Source: Macrostomum lignano
Taxonomy: Eukaryota
DNA length: 64,000 bases
Direction: 5' to 3'
Assembly: GCA_002269645.1 (NCBI GenBank)
Contig: NIVC01000814.1
Location: forward strand, 124,001 to 188,000
Shown here: one piece after another, positions 1-15,700 of the stretch
How the letters are laid out: each line of letters opens with the position of its first letter
Position numbering within the stretch: position 1 is the stretch's first letter
Position numbers and translations under genes: made by a program
The notes under the pieces: model-generated
The model's input: the letters and a program-made list of their open reading frames with translations, nothing else
The model's database searches: none
Told to the model about the DNA's origin: nothing

Positions 1-198
1 GGCGCTAAAAGAGAACAGGGGCGCCAGCAGAGAACAGGGGCGCCAGCAGGGAAAAGAAGGCGCCAGTAGAGAACAGGGGCGCCACTGAACAAAAAACAGA
101 AAAAAACGGTTCCATAAGCTGCTTGTACTACTACCTGCATCGGATTATTATCACCATGAGTAGTTTGCAAGGCCGCACAAATCAAGTTCCAAATGGAT

Positions 199-3174
<2,976 letters not shown>

Positions 3175-3946
3175 GACTGGCAGTTGATTCGAACGGAGTT
3201 TAAGAGTCCGATGTTATTTGAATCTGCCAACTGAAAGATTGAATACCTGAAATCGATAGTTTAGTAAACAGATGCAAATAAAGAATATTTTCTTAATAAA
3301 CGAACTATAAATAAGCTAACCTATTTGTGCCATTTTAAAGTATGAGTGGTAAAATGAAAAGTCTGATTGATGCTTTACAGTTAAAGCTTAAAATCCGGAA
3401 CTGATGTGCAGAGCAAACAATTTATTACGGGCGTATATTAAAATCCAACAGCAATGACATAAATCATTACGATTTCAAGCGCTGTAGCTTAAAACACAGA
3501 ATAGTTTTTATAGGCGTAAAAGAATATGACTTGACGAAAAATAATGGAAGCAAAAATAGTAAAACAAACGAATAAGAAAGCGTTCTTTATCAGTGTGGCA
3601 AAAAAATTTCGCAAAAATCAGCCTTATGTGCGCGTTTATCCATACTGAAGAGAAGATGGGACCGCGGAACACCACAGGGAAAAAACTTTTGAACAAGAAA
3701 ATCTGTGCGCAATGTTAAATAATTATAATAAATTAAAAAGGACACTACCTGGCAGAAATATCGCGCTTTAATTTCATGCGTTTTAATCTTTTTACTCAAG
3801 CAAACTCTGTTTACTACTTTTTAATCAGTAAAAAGTAAAGTAAAACGCTATCTATTTTTTTTTCAGCGAGCAAGCTGACAGAACCATAGTTAAGCAACAC
3901 ACCCACCCCAGTCTAGGGCCGATCTGGGGCAGACAGTCAAACCTCC

Positions 3947-3956
3947 AGCCAATCAG
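3947..3956 (+). promoter_or_regulatory. CCAAT box (NF-Y consensus), ~770 bp upstream of the death-domain gene ATG
   Basis: AGCCAATCAG in a short GC-richer island. Function not demonstrated. Confidence 0.3.
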
Positions 3957-4606
3957 AATGCGCGCAGAAGCCCAAGCAGCTCGCCAGCCGCATACAGAAC
4001 ACATAACTAAGTACATTAGAGTTAGCCGAACATATAATAAACATTGAAGTTTGTTGATAACCCCACCAAGACTGGATCAATAAGTGAGAGTAGGAGTACT
4101 ACTGAACTGTAAGTAGCTTAACGCATATTATGTCAAAATTAAATCTAATCCCAAGACTTTGGAAGGTTTTCTGACTAGTGCGAAAAAAGTTAAAAATATA
4201 TTTTGTGATGTAATAACTGTGTAGAAAAGACTGAAAATAGGTTCATAATCATTCTTAAAGCAAGCCAACAACAGTTATAGAAGTCGATTAAAATAATTTC
4301 ACACTTTGTCTAAATAACCTCAAATACACTGTTTGATACTGGAATCACAAGAAGTTGAAGGGAAAAATATGAATTATAATTTATTATCATTGGCACAAAT
4401 AAACTACATTGATTTATTGCATTTTATTGATTTATCTTCGAGGACAGTTATATGACAGATAAATAAGTGATTAATAAATATTATCCACACAAATACCAAT
4501 CACAAAAGACAACCATGAAAATAAGCTTGTTTTTTACTTTTTTAATTACTGGTATTGGACAAATGAAATTGCACGGCCACGGTGGAAATGGATGAAGGGT
4601 GCGTAT

Positions 4607-4935
4607 CAATGGCGTAGCCAGGAATTTCAATTGGGGGACCGGGTTGGCCTGGCTGGCCATGCCTTATGCCATTGCCACTTTTGGCGCCGCAGGCATTCAT
4701 TTTAGCGCCGCAGGCACTCATTTTGGCGCCGCAGGCACTCATTTTGGTGCTGAATGCACTCATTTTAGCGCCGCAGTCACTCATTTTGGCGCCATAGGCA
4801 CTCATTTGGCGCCGCAGGCACTTTGGCGCCGCAGGCACTCAATTGCCTCCTGGTTTTTGGTATCCGCCGTGCCCAACCCCACCCCCAGGCGATTGGGGGG
4901 GGGGGCGCCTCCCGCCCCCCCTGGCTACGCCACTG
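4607..4935. mobile_element. MITE (hAT-like): TIR CA(A/G)TGGCGTAGCCAGG, 8-bp TSD, internal 21-bp repeats
   Basis: Left end CAATGGCGTAGCCAGG, right end CCTGGCTACGCCACTG. Flanks are GTGCGTAT and GTGTGTAT (1 mismatch). Internal (CACTCATTTTGGCGCCGCAGG)n. Confidence 0.75.
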
Positions 4936-5309
4936 GTGTGTATCAATGAGTTAACACAACAGTCAATACTTGGTTTAGGAAAGTCAAGATAATTAACACG
5001 CATTTTTTATTACTAAAGATTGTATTAACAGAGGAACTCATACGATAAACAATGATTAATGAACAATGAACAATTACATTTTGACACTTTTTGTCAAACG
5101 AATTTTGTGCTAGTTAAGTATATCAGAAGGATCATTTGATATACTAATCGAAGTACAAACGATAATAATGGATGATACTAGCTATTTCATGCGGATAATG
5201 TACTTCCTTAAAGTGGAGAATTCGCGTCTACATGCATAACGAAAACTTTACATTAAAAACGAAAAATTAACCTTTAAAGGCTGCAAGTAGCTAGTAATTG
5301 TGTGTCTTT

Positions 5310-5600
5310 AGGGTGGTGGCTGGAGCGAGGAGGGGTGGTGATTGGAGTGAGGGGGGTGTGGCTGGAGCGAGGAGGGTTGTTGGCTGTTGGGAGGAGGGAG
5401 TGAGGATGGGGATGGCTGGGGTGAGGAGGGGTGGTAGCTGGAGCGAGGAGGGGTGGTGGCTCGAGGGAGGAGGGAGTGAGGTTGGGGTGATGGCTGGAGT
5501 GAAGAGGTCGGTAGCTGGAGTGAGATGGGGTGGTGATTGGAGTAACGAGGGGTGGTGGCTGGAGCGAGGAGGGGTTGGCTTAAGTGAGGAGGTTGGCTTA
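5310..5600. repeat. G-rich degenerate minisatellite (GTGGCTGGAGCGAGGAGGG)
   Basis: Direct reading. Confidence 0.8.
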
Positions 5601-5754
5601 TTCTGGTATCAATATGCTTATTAACCAATCAAATATTAGCACAATTATGAATAGTGAGTTATGAAACATTGTCCGAAGACAACCAAACGTTGAAACTAAA
5701 TACATGTATGAAATCAATCAACTCAACTCTTGAAGATTTCTCACTCGGCCGCAT

Positions 5755-6688
5755 TTAATTGCTTGAATTTCTCACGCGCCAACTGTTCTCTCTGTAGGCT
5801 TTAATACGAGGCAACAGATCGCAAGGAGCGCCAAGCCAATCCGCCAATTCGCTCTGATTTAGAAAGCAAGCCAAAAACTGGTCGAAAGTGATTAACCAAT
5901 TATCAAAAGCTGGATCAGTCGCTGCTGATAAGTCGACGTTTTCTGTGCAGCTGCCCGCTGATTCGACTGCAGACGGCGCTGAAGTGGCAGCTTCGCCCAA
6001 TTGGGTCAGATGAGTACCGGCCTGGTTTTTTATTTCATTAATTGAAAACGTTAATTATAGGTAACAAGCTGTTGAAACCCGCGGATTTTGAACCCGGGGA
6101 ATTCCAATACCCGGAACTACTTTTGCATGTATTCTGAAATCTAAGGCCATACACAAAAAAAACTTGTTAATAGTTATTAGGATAGAGGTAGACATAAAAT
6201 GGAGCACATTCGTGTAAAATTAGGGTTTGAGACATTGTTGGCTGGGGTACTGCGCAGAATGTCAGGCAATGTCTGTCTGACTCTAAAACATATATTGCTA
6301 AACTCTGGTCTCTCCCTGACTCTCCCTACGTCCCTTGGATCCTTTAAAATTTCTATCGTCTCTTTGTTTCCTCTCATCTATCTCATCCCTCGTCTCTCCT
6401 ATCTCCTCTCTCCCCTCTTCTCTCGTATCTTCCCTCATCTCTCTTCTCTTTCATCTCTCTTATCTCATCTCTTGTCTCTTCGTTTCTCTCTCCTCTACTT
6501 TCTCCTCTCTACTTTTTCGTTTTCTCTCTCCTCTCCTCTCTCCTCTCTCCCCCTCTCCTCTACTCTCTCATCTCTCCCCTCTTCTCTCGTCTCTTCCCTC
6601 ACCTCTTTTCTCTCTCGTCTTTGCTCTCTCATCATTCCTTTCTCTTCTTTATCTTTTATCTCTTATCTCTTCTTATTTCTCTCTGCTC

Positions 6689-6768
<80 letters not shown>

Positions 6769-9700
6769 GTCTTTCTCTCTTATCTCTCCTTCTCTCTCTA
6801 CTCTCTCCCCTCTCCATTCTCCTCTTTCCTCTCCTCTCTCCTCACTCACTTCTCTACCTTTGTCTCTCCTCTCTTCTCTCGTCTCTGTAACCTCTCCTCT
6901 GTTCTCTCTACTCTCCCATCTTTTATCTGTTCACTCTCGTCTCTGCTCTCTCATCCCCCTCTTTAATCTGGCATCTCTGTCTTATATGTTCTCTAACCTC
7001 TCTCCTCTGTACTCTTTTCTTTCCCCTCTTTTGACTCCTTACTTTCCTTTCTCCTTTCTTCTTTTCTCTTCTCTTCCCTTTTCTATACTCTGTCTCCCTC
7101 TCTTCTCTCACTCCACTCTCCTCTCTCCGTTATCTCTTATCTCTCCTTCCACCTCTCTCATCTCTAGAACCTTAGAGATGTAGAGATGTATCTTTATCTC
7201 TTCTCTCTTCCCTTTACTCTCTCATCTCTTCTTTCACCTATTTCCTCTCTGCTCTCCTCTCTGCTCTCTCCTCTCATCTGCCTGCAGCTCTCTGCTCTCT
7301 CATCTCTACTCTCTCCTCTCGCTTTTCCTCTCTCCCCTCTTCTCCCCTCTCTCTCATCGTCCTCACCCCCTCATCTCTCCTATTATCTTTTATCTTTTCT
7401 TTTATCCCCTCTGTCGCCTCTCCTCTCTTCGAATCGTCTATTCCTTCTTCTTTCCACTTTCATCTGCCCTCAGCTATGAGCTGGAATCTTTATCTGGCCT
7501 TTGAAGTAAAAGTCTGCCCATCCCTGCTTGGAAAGCCAGTTTGTGGGACGTAGTACTCTCATGGTTGTTCTCATGCTTTGATCACGTCATCTTTCTTGCC
7601 AATTTGCAGCCCTGAAAGGAATTTGTGTATCTTCAGCTCCACTGCAGTCTGCATCAGTCTAACAACCAAGGAAATACGCATTTCTTAGGAGGCCATTTAA
7701 TATTTACACAGTACCTTTAAAAGAAAACCTAAAATTTCCATGGTGTGCCTAGGGTTGTATTGCATTGCATCGCATCGCCTTTTCATAAATATTTCGCTTT
7801 TACAAACCATGCTGGATAGTGGATTCCCTCGATTTGCCAATTGCCATCCAGTGTTAAACTGCTGCAGAGTTTGCCAATACAGAGGGAAGGGCAGTGGTTA
7901 AAATTTCTCACTAAACTGTTATGGCTAAACGTAGCCTCTCCACTCTCGGGTGGAATTCCAAAACACTGTACATTTGCTATGTACATTCAGTCCTATCGCC
8001 TGACCCTTCGTCTGGCTCTGGGGCAATGAGTGAGTGAGTGGCACAAACAACAGAAAAAGCAGACAAACTTCACATGCTTACAGTTTCTTTTTTGGTTGAG
8101 TTACAGAGTTGAAACTTTACATTTAGATAGAGAATGGGTCAATAAAGAATTGTGTCAAGTTTGAAGTCAATCGCTTTACGTGGAGCAAACTTATGGCAGC
8201 TGAAAGTTAGTCAATTTTGAAACCCTTTTACACATCTGGGCCCAGATCGGTATCGGGAAAGAGAGGCAGGCGGGCGGAGGTTGGGGTGGTTGCTACGCTG
8301 AAAAAAACAGCCAAACTTTAAAAGTGCACACCGCCGTTCAGGATTAACTTTCAGACTCGAAATTTTACATGATTGTGCCAAAATAGTTGAAAATTGTCTG
8401 TGTCAAATTTGAAGAGAATCGGTAGAAGTGGAGCGGCGCTATGGAGGATTTAGTGAAAAAATTGCGCATTTTGAGCAGTTTTTTGCACTTTTAGGTAGGA
8501 AGACTCAAATTTAGGAAATTAAAAGGTAGCCTAAGACATTCTCCGTAGTGAGTTTAGGGTGGGTGTAAAATTTGGTGTCATTTAGTTGAGCGGTTTGGGA
8601 GTCCATAGCGATCAAAATTGTCCACACACAGACAGACAGACAGAGTTTTGATTTTTATAGGTAGAGACGAGGCCAACTCCTCCTCTGGAGGAGAAAGGGG
8701 AAGAACTCCCATCACCGGAATTCCATTCCCTGAAATCCATTAGCTGAAATTCCATGACTTGAATCCCATCTTCCAAATCATCTCCAAATCCTCTGTAAAG
8801 CCTTTCAAATACCATATCTTGTTTTCCCTGTTCGCAAAAACTGACTGCCATTGTCCAGACTCAGATTCTTCTGTCTCCTCTCTTCTCTTTTCTCTCCTCT
8901 CACGTCTCTCATCTCTACCACCTTATTTATCTCTTCTCCCTCGTCTTTCGTCTTTCTCTCCTGTCTCCTTTATCCCCTGTTTTCTCCTCTCTCCTCTCTT
9001 CTCTCCTCTCTCATCTCTCATCCCTCATGCCTCATCTCACTATTTCTTTCTCCTCTACTCTCAGCTCCTCTCTTCTCTCTCCTCTCATCTCTCCTGTCTC
9101 CCTCTGCTATCTCATATCTTCCCTCTCATCTCCTCTCTCCTCTTTTCTTCTCTCTCCCTCTTCGTTCCCGCGTTACTCCCCTCTTCTCTCCCATCTGTCA
9201 TGTCTAATCTGTCCTCTCTCATCTCTTCTCTCTTCTCTTTTCACTCTTCTCTTTACTCTCTTTACTGACTGACTGAAGATACCAAATCCATCAAAATCCC
9301 TCCGTGAAACAGAAATCCTCTCCGCGAAACAGAAATCCTCTCCGCGAAACAGAAATCCTCTCCGCGAAACAGAAACCCTCTCCGTGAAACTGGACTCCTT
9401 TTGAAATCCAATCCGCGAAACAGAAATCCCTCCGTGAAACTGGGCTCCATGGAAATCCTCTGAGTGAAACTGACATCCATCAAAATCGTCTCCGTAAAAC
9501 AGAAATACATCTAGATTCTCTCCACGAAAAAGAAATCCTCTCCGTGAAACCGAAAACCATCAGAATACTCCGTGAAACTGGACTCAATCGAAATTTTCTC
9601 TGTCAAAAAGAACTTAACTTTCAGAATTCATTGGTTAGGGTTAGGGTTAGAGCTGCACAGAGCTGCGTGTTGAATTAATTGAATCAATTAATTGCGCAAA

Positions 9701-12700
9701 CCATTTCTCAGTCAGACAGTATCAGTCTTATTTAAAGTTAAATAAACGGTTGCGCAATCTAAATCAACCCTCCAATACGCAGCGGCAGACCCCCTTCCAA
9801 TACGCCCAACTTTATCTATTACGTCTCGCAAAACTGATTACAGTTTTTGCAGAAAGTTAAAAGTATGGAAATAGTTTTTTAAATGCTGTGCTTTTTCTTT
9901 TCATATTTAAAGCATACAACTTATATTCCCGAACTCAGCGTTGCAAGATCTTTCCAGCAATATAAGTGTCTCCTCTCAAAGTTTAAAACTCGAGGAACAG
10001 TTAGCGTTTGAAATTTACCAATTTCCCGACTGCTTGCTAGAGAAGCTCGCAAGTTTATTCATTGAATTTCACTGCCAAACTAATACACAGGGCTGCCAAT
10101 AATAAAACCAAATGAATCTCGACACAGTCTATCTATTTACACTGTACAACTGCTATGTACACTCAGCCCAAGCCCAACCCCCAGTCTGGGGAATCATTAA
10201 ATTGAACTCAACCCCCCAACACGCGGGGGTTTTATTTGCATTGAACCCAGAACACGCGCACCCACCACCCCTCAATACACAGCGGCCCGCGGGCGGAGGT
10301 TGGGGTGGCTATTTTTACAAACTGGCTGAAGCCCAGGCAGAGTGGCCAAAGAAGGTTAAAAAAGCAGTTTTCTGCTTTTTTAGGGATGTTAAAATTGGAA
10401 AATTAAAAATTAAAATAGCCTAAAGCCTGCTCCGGAAAATTTGCAGTTTTCCCATATAAGTTTCGACGCTGACTTGGCAGAATTGTAGGAGTTCACTTAA
10501 TGCATACAGACAGACAGACAAACATCGCGTCAGTTTTAGTATTAGGGGAAGTGGAACTCCTCCTCTGGAGGAGAAAGGGGAAGAACTCCCATCACCGGAA
10601 TTCTGAAGGGGAAGAACTCCTATCAGCTGCAATTCCATGAATTGAATCCCATCTTCCAAATCATCTCCAAATCCTCTACAATCTATCAACTCCCATCTCT
10701 CATCTCTTGCGCCCTGCGCTCTGATTTTTATTTTTACTCTCTTCTTTCTCCTCACTAATTACTCCTCTCTACACTTTCATCTCTCTCATCTCTGATCTTT
10801 CATCTCTCCTCTCCCTCCTCTCTCCCTTCTCTCGCTTCTCTCTCTCCTCTATTACTACTCTTCTCGCTTATCTCTTCTCTCTCTTTTCTCATCTCTACTC
10901 CCTTATTTATCTCTTCTCCCTCGTCTTTCGTTTGTACCCTCTCCCGTCTCTTGTCTCCTCTCTTCTCTCATATCTCTCCTCTTCACTTCTGTCTCCTGTC
11001 TCCTCTCTTCTCTCTTATCTCTCCCTCTTCTCTCCTCTCTCATATGTCATCTCTCCTTACTTATCTATCGTCTCTCTTAACCCTCTCTTTCTTCTCTTTT
11101 CTCTCCTATCTGCTTCTCATTTCTCATATCTCATATACGCTCTCACACTCTACTTTCTTGTCTCCCATCTTTCTTTCCTCCTTACCACTATCCCCTGTCT
11201 CTTCTCTTCTCTCTTTTCTATCCTCTCCATTCTCTCATCTCTCCTGTCCTCACTACTTTCCTTCTCTTAACTCTCTTATCTCTGATCTTTCATCTCTTTC
11301 ATCTCTCCTCTCTCTCTCTTCTCCTCTCGCTTCTCTCTCTCCTCTCTCTCCTCTCATCTATACTACCTTATTTATATCTTCTCCCTGGTCTTTCGTCTCT
11401 ACTCTCTCCTGTCTCATTTCTCCCCTCTTTTCTCCTCTCTTCTCTCTCCCCTCCTCTCTCATCTCTCATCCCTCATCTCACTCTTTCTTTCTCCTCTACT
11501 TCCCCTCTCTTCTATTTCCTCTGTACGCTCTTATCCCTCATCTCTATTCTCTCTCCTATCATCTCTCTTGTCTCCCTCTGCTATCTCATATCTCCCCTCT
11601 CGTCTCCTCTCTCCTCTTCTCTTTTCTCTCCTTCGTTCCCGCCTTACTCCCCTCTTCTCTCCCATCTGTCATGTCTAATCTCTCCACTCATTTCTACTCT
11701 GTTTTCTATCATCTCATCTCTCTTCTCTTTTCATTCTTCTCTTTACTCTCTTCTCTGACTGATTGAAGATGCCAAATCCATCAAGATCCTCTCCGCGAAG
11801 CAGAAAAATCCTGTCCGTGCAACTGAAAACCATCGAAATCCTCTCCGTGAAACTGGACTCCTTCGAAATCCTCTCCTTGAAACTTAAATCCATCAAAATG
11901 GTCTCCATAAAACAGAAATCAATCATAAATTATCTCCGCGAAACAGAAATCCTCTCCGTGAAGCTGAACACCATCGAAATCCTCTCCGTGAAGCTGAACA
12001 CCATCGAAATCCTCTCCACGAAACTGAACATCATCGAAATCCTCTCCACAAAACAGAAATCCTCTTCGTCAAAATTAAAACATTGAAATCGTCTCCGCTA
12101 AACTGGACTCAATCGAATTTTTTCCGTCAAACAACTCAACTCTCCGGATTCATTGGTTAGGGTTAGGGTTAGGGTTAGGGTTAGAACTACGCACAGCTTC
12201 GTGTTAAAAGGCACTGATAAAAATATTGAACTAATTGAATCAATTCATTGCGCAACCGATTTCACAGTCAGTCAGTATCAGTCTCAGTTAAAGTTAACAA
12301 AAACATTGCGCAATCTAAATCAACCCTCCAATACACAGCAGCAGTGAGAAGTTGAACCCTCACCCAACTTTATCTATTACGTCTCGCAAAACTGAGTACA
12401 ATTTTTGCAGAAAGTTAAAAGTATGGAAATGGTTTTTTAAATGCGGTGCTTTTTTTCATATTTAAAGCAAACAACTTATATCCCCGAACTCAGCGTTGCA
12501 AGATCTTTCCAGCAATATAAGTGTCTCCTCTCAAAGTTTAAAACTCGAGGAACAGTTAGCGTTTGAAATTTACCGATTTCCCGACTGCTTGCTAGAGAAG
12601 CTCGCAAGTTTATTCATTGAATTTCACTGCCAAGCTAATACACACGGCTGCCTATGGAGAAAAAAGGCGCCAATAATAAAACCAAATGAATCTCGACACA

Positions 12701-15700
12701 GTCTTATCTGTTTACACTGTACAACTGCTATGTACACTCAGCCCAAGCCCAACCCCCCGTTCTGGGGGAATCATTAAATTCAACCCAACCCCCCAACACG
12801 CGGGGGGTTTTATTTGCATTGAACGCAGAACACGCGCACCCACCACCACTCAATACACAGCGGCCCGCGGGCGGAGGTTGGGGTGGCTATTTTTACAAAC
12901 AGACTGCAACCCCTCCACTGGAGAGGCAGAGTGACCACAGAAGGGCCAAAGAAGGTTAAGAAATTACTTTTCTGCTTTTTTAGGGATCTTAAAATGTAAA
13001 AATGAAAGATTAAAATTGCTATAAACCCAATCCGGAAAATTTGCAGTTTACCCATATAAGTTTCAACGCTGACTTGTCAGTAGTCTAGGAGAAAAATTGC
13101 AACACACATACAGACAAACAAACAACGCACCACTTTTAGTATTAAGACGAGGCCAACTCCTCCGATGGAGGAGAAAGGGGAAGAACTCCCATCACCGGAA
13201 TTCCATTCCCTGAACTCCATCAGCTGAATCCCAAGACCCGAATCCCATTATCTAACTGTTCTCCAAATCCATCAAAATCCTCTCTGAGAAACTGAACACG
13301 ATCGAAATCCTCTCCGCGAAACAGAAATCCTCTCCGTGAAACTGGACTCAATCGAAAGTTTCTCCGTCAAACAACTAAACTCTCAGGATTCAGTGGTTAG
13401 GGTTAGGGTTAGGGTTGGAGCTGCACAGAGCTGCGTGTTGAAAAGGTCCGATAAAAAATGAGATAATTGAATCAAAAGATTGCGCAATTTACGCTCGTAT
13501 TTCTAAGTCAGTCAGTATCAGTCTCAGTTAAAGTTAACAAAAATATTGCGCAATCTAAATCAACCCTCCATCCAATACACAGCGACCGACCCCCTTCCAA
13601 TACGCAGTGGCAATTAGAAATTGAACCCCCCCCCCAACTGTTGGGGGGTCAGTCGAACACCATTGAACTCCTAAAATGAGTACAATCTTTGCAATAAGTT
13701 AAAAGTATGGAAATAGTTTTTCCAATGCAGAGCATTTAGTTTTCATATTTAAAGCAAACAATTTATATCCCCGAACTCAGCGTTGCAAGTTCTTTCCAGC
13801 AATATAAGTCTCTCCTCTCAAAGTTAAAAACTCCAGCAACAGTCTGAGTTTGAAATTTGCCGATTTATAGCATTGCAATATTGAGTGTACGTTCATACGT
13901 TCACTGCCTGCTAAAGAGGCCCGCAAGTTTATTCATTGAATTTCACTGTCTAACCAATGCACAGGGCAGTCAATTGAAAGGCGCTGATAATAAAACCAAT
14001 TGAATCTCAGCACAATAGCCATATAATTGCGCTTACTTACCCACCACCCCACGAAATACACACAGTTCAATTTTTCAGCCGGGGTCCGCTTGTACACACG
14101 CTGCCACTGAGAACGCGACCAACCCCCACTGGCGAGAAAATACACTACAGAGATAGGAGAAAGTTGTGGCGCAATCGCTCAAAATCATGCAAATTTTCGG
14201 CTCCGAGCAGAAAAAGTGTCCAGAGAAGGTTAGGAAATCAGTTTTCTGCTTTTTTAGGGATCTTAAAATGTGAAAATAAAAAATTGAAATAGCCCACTGC
14301 AGTCCCCGGAAAATTTGCAGTTTCCCCATATAAGTTTCAACGCTGACTTGCAAGTATTCTAGGAGGAGTTATGCAACACACAAACAAACAGACAAACAAA
14401 CAAACAATCATCGCACCAACTTTAGTATTAGGAGAAGAGACGAGGCCAACTCCTCCTCTGGAGGAGAAAGGGGAAGAACTCCCATCACCGGAATTCCATT
14501 CCCTGAAATCCATTAGCTGAAATTCCATGACTTGAATCCCATCTTCCAAATCATCTCCAAATCCTCTGTAAAGCCTTTCAAATACCATATCTTGTTTTCC
14601 CTGTTCGCAAAAACTGACTGCCATTGTCCAGACTCAGATTCTTCTGTCTCCTCTCTTCTCTTTTCTCTCCTCTCACGTCTCTCATCTCTACCACCTTATT
14701 TATCTCTTCTCCCTCGTCTTTCGTCTTTCTCTCCTGTCTCCTTTATCCCCTGTTTTCTCCTCTCTCCTCTCTTCTCTCCTCTCTCATCTCTCATCCCTCA
14801 TGCCTCATCTCACTATTTCTTTCTCCTCTACTCTCAGCTCCTCTCTTCTCTCTCCTCTCATCTCTCCTGTCTCCCTCTGCTATCTCATATCTTCCCTCTC
14901 ATCTCCTCTCTCCTCTTTTCTTCTCTCTCCCTCTTCGTTCCCGCGTTACTCCCCTCTTCTCTCCCATCTGTCATGTCTAATCTGTCCTCTCTCATCTCTT
15001 CTCTCTTCTCTTTTCACTCTTCTCTTTACTCTCTTTACTGACTGACTGAAGATACCAAATCCATCAAAATCCCTCCGTGAAACAGAAATCCTCTCCGCGA
15101 AACAGAAATCCTCTCCGCGAAACAGAAATCCTCTCCGCGAAACAGAAACCCTCTCCGTGAAACTGGACTCCTTTTGAAATCCAATCCGCGAAACAGAAAT
15201 CCCCTCCGTGAAACTGGGCTCCATGGAAATCCTCTGAGTGAAACTGACATCCATCAAAATCGTCTCCGTAAAACAGAAATACATCTAGATTCTCTCCACG
15301 AAAAAGAAATCCTCTCCGTGAAACCGAAAACCATCAGAATACTCCGTGAAACTGGACTCAATCGAAATTTTCTCTGTCAAAAAGAACTTAACTTTCAGAA
15401 TTCATTGGTTAGGGTTAGGGTTAGAGCTGCACAGAGCTGCGTGTTGAATTAATTGAATCAATTAATTGCGCAAACCATTTCTCAGTCAGACAGTATCAGT
15501 CTTATTTAAAGTTAAATAAACGGTTGCGCAATCTAAATCAACCCTCCAATACGCAGCGGCAGACCCCCTTCCAATACGCCCAACTTTATCTATTACGTCT
15601 CGCAAAACTGATTACAGTTTTTGCAGAAAGTTAAAAGTATGGAAATAGTTTTTTAAATGCTGTGCTTTTTCTTTTCATATTTAAAGCATACAACTTATAT

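Noticed and set aside
9268-9312. CTGAAGA...GAAAC, a possible hammerhead ribozyme core (retrozyme array)
   Set aside because: No stem II between the boxes and no stem I/III pairing; the motif is absent from most units.
10230-10245. TTTATTTGCATTG resembling a flatworm spliced-leader 3' end
   Set aside because: The rest of an SL sequence, donor site and Sm site are not recognisable.
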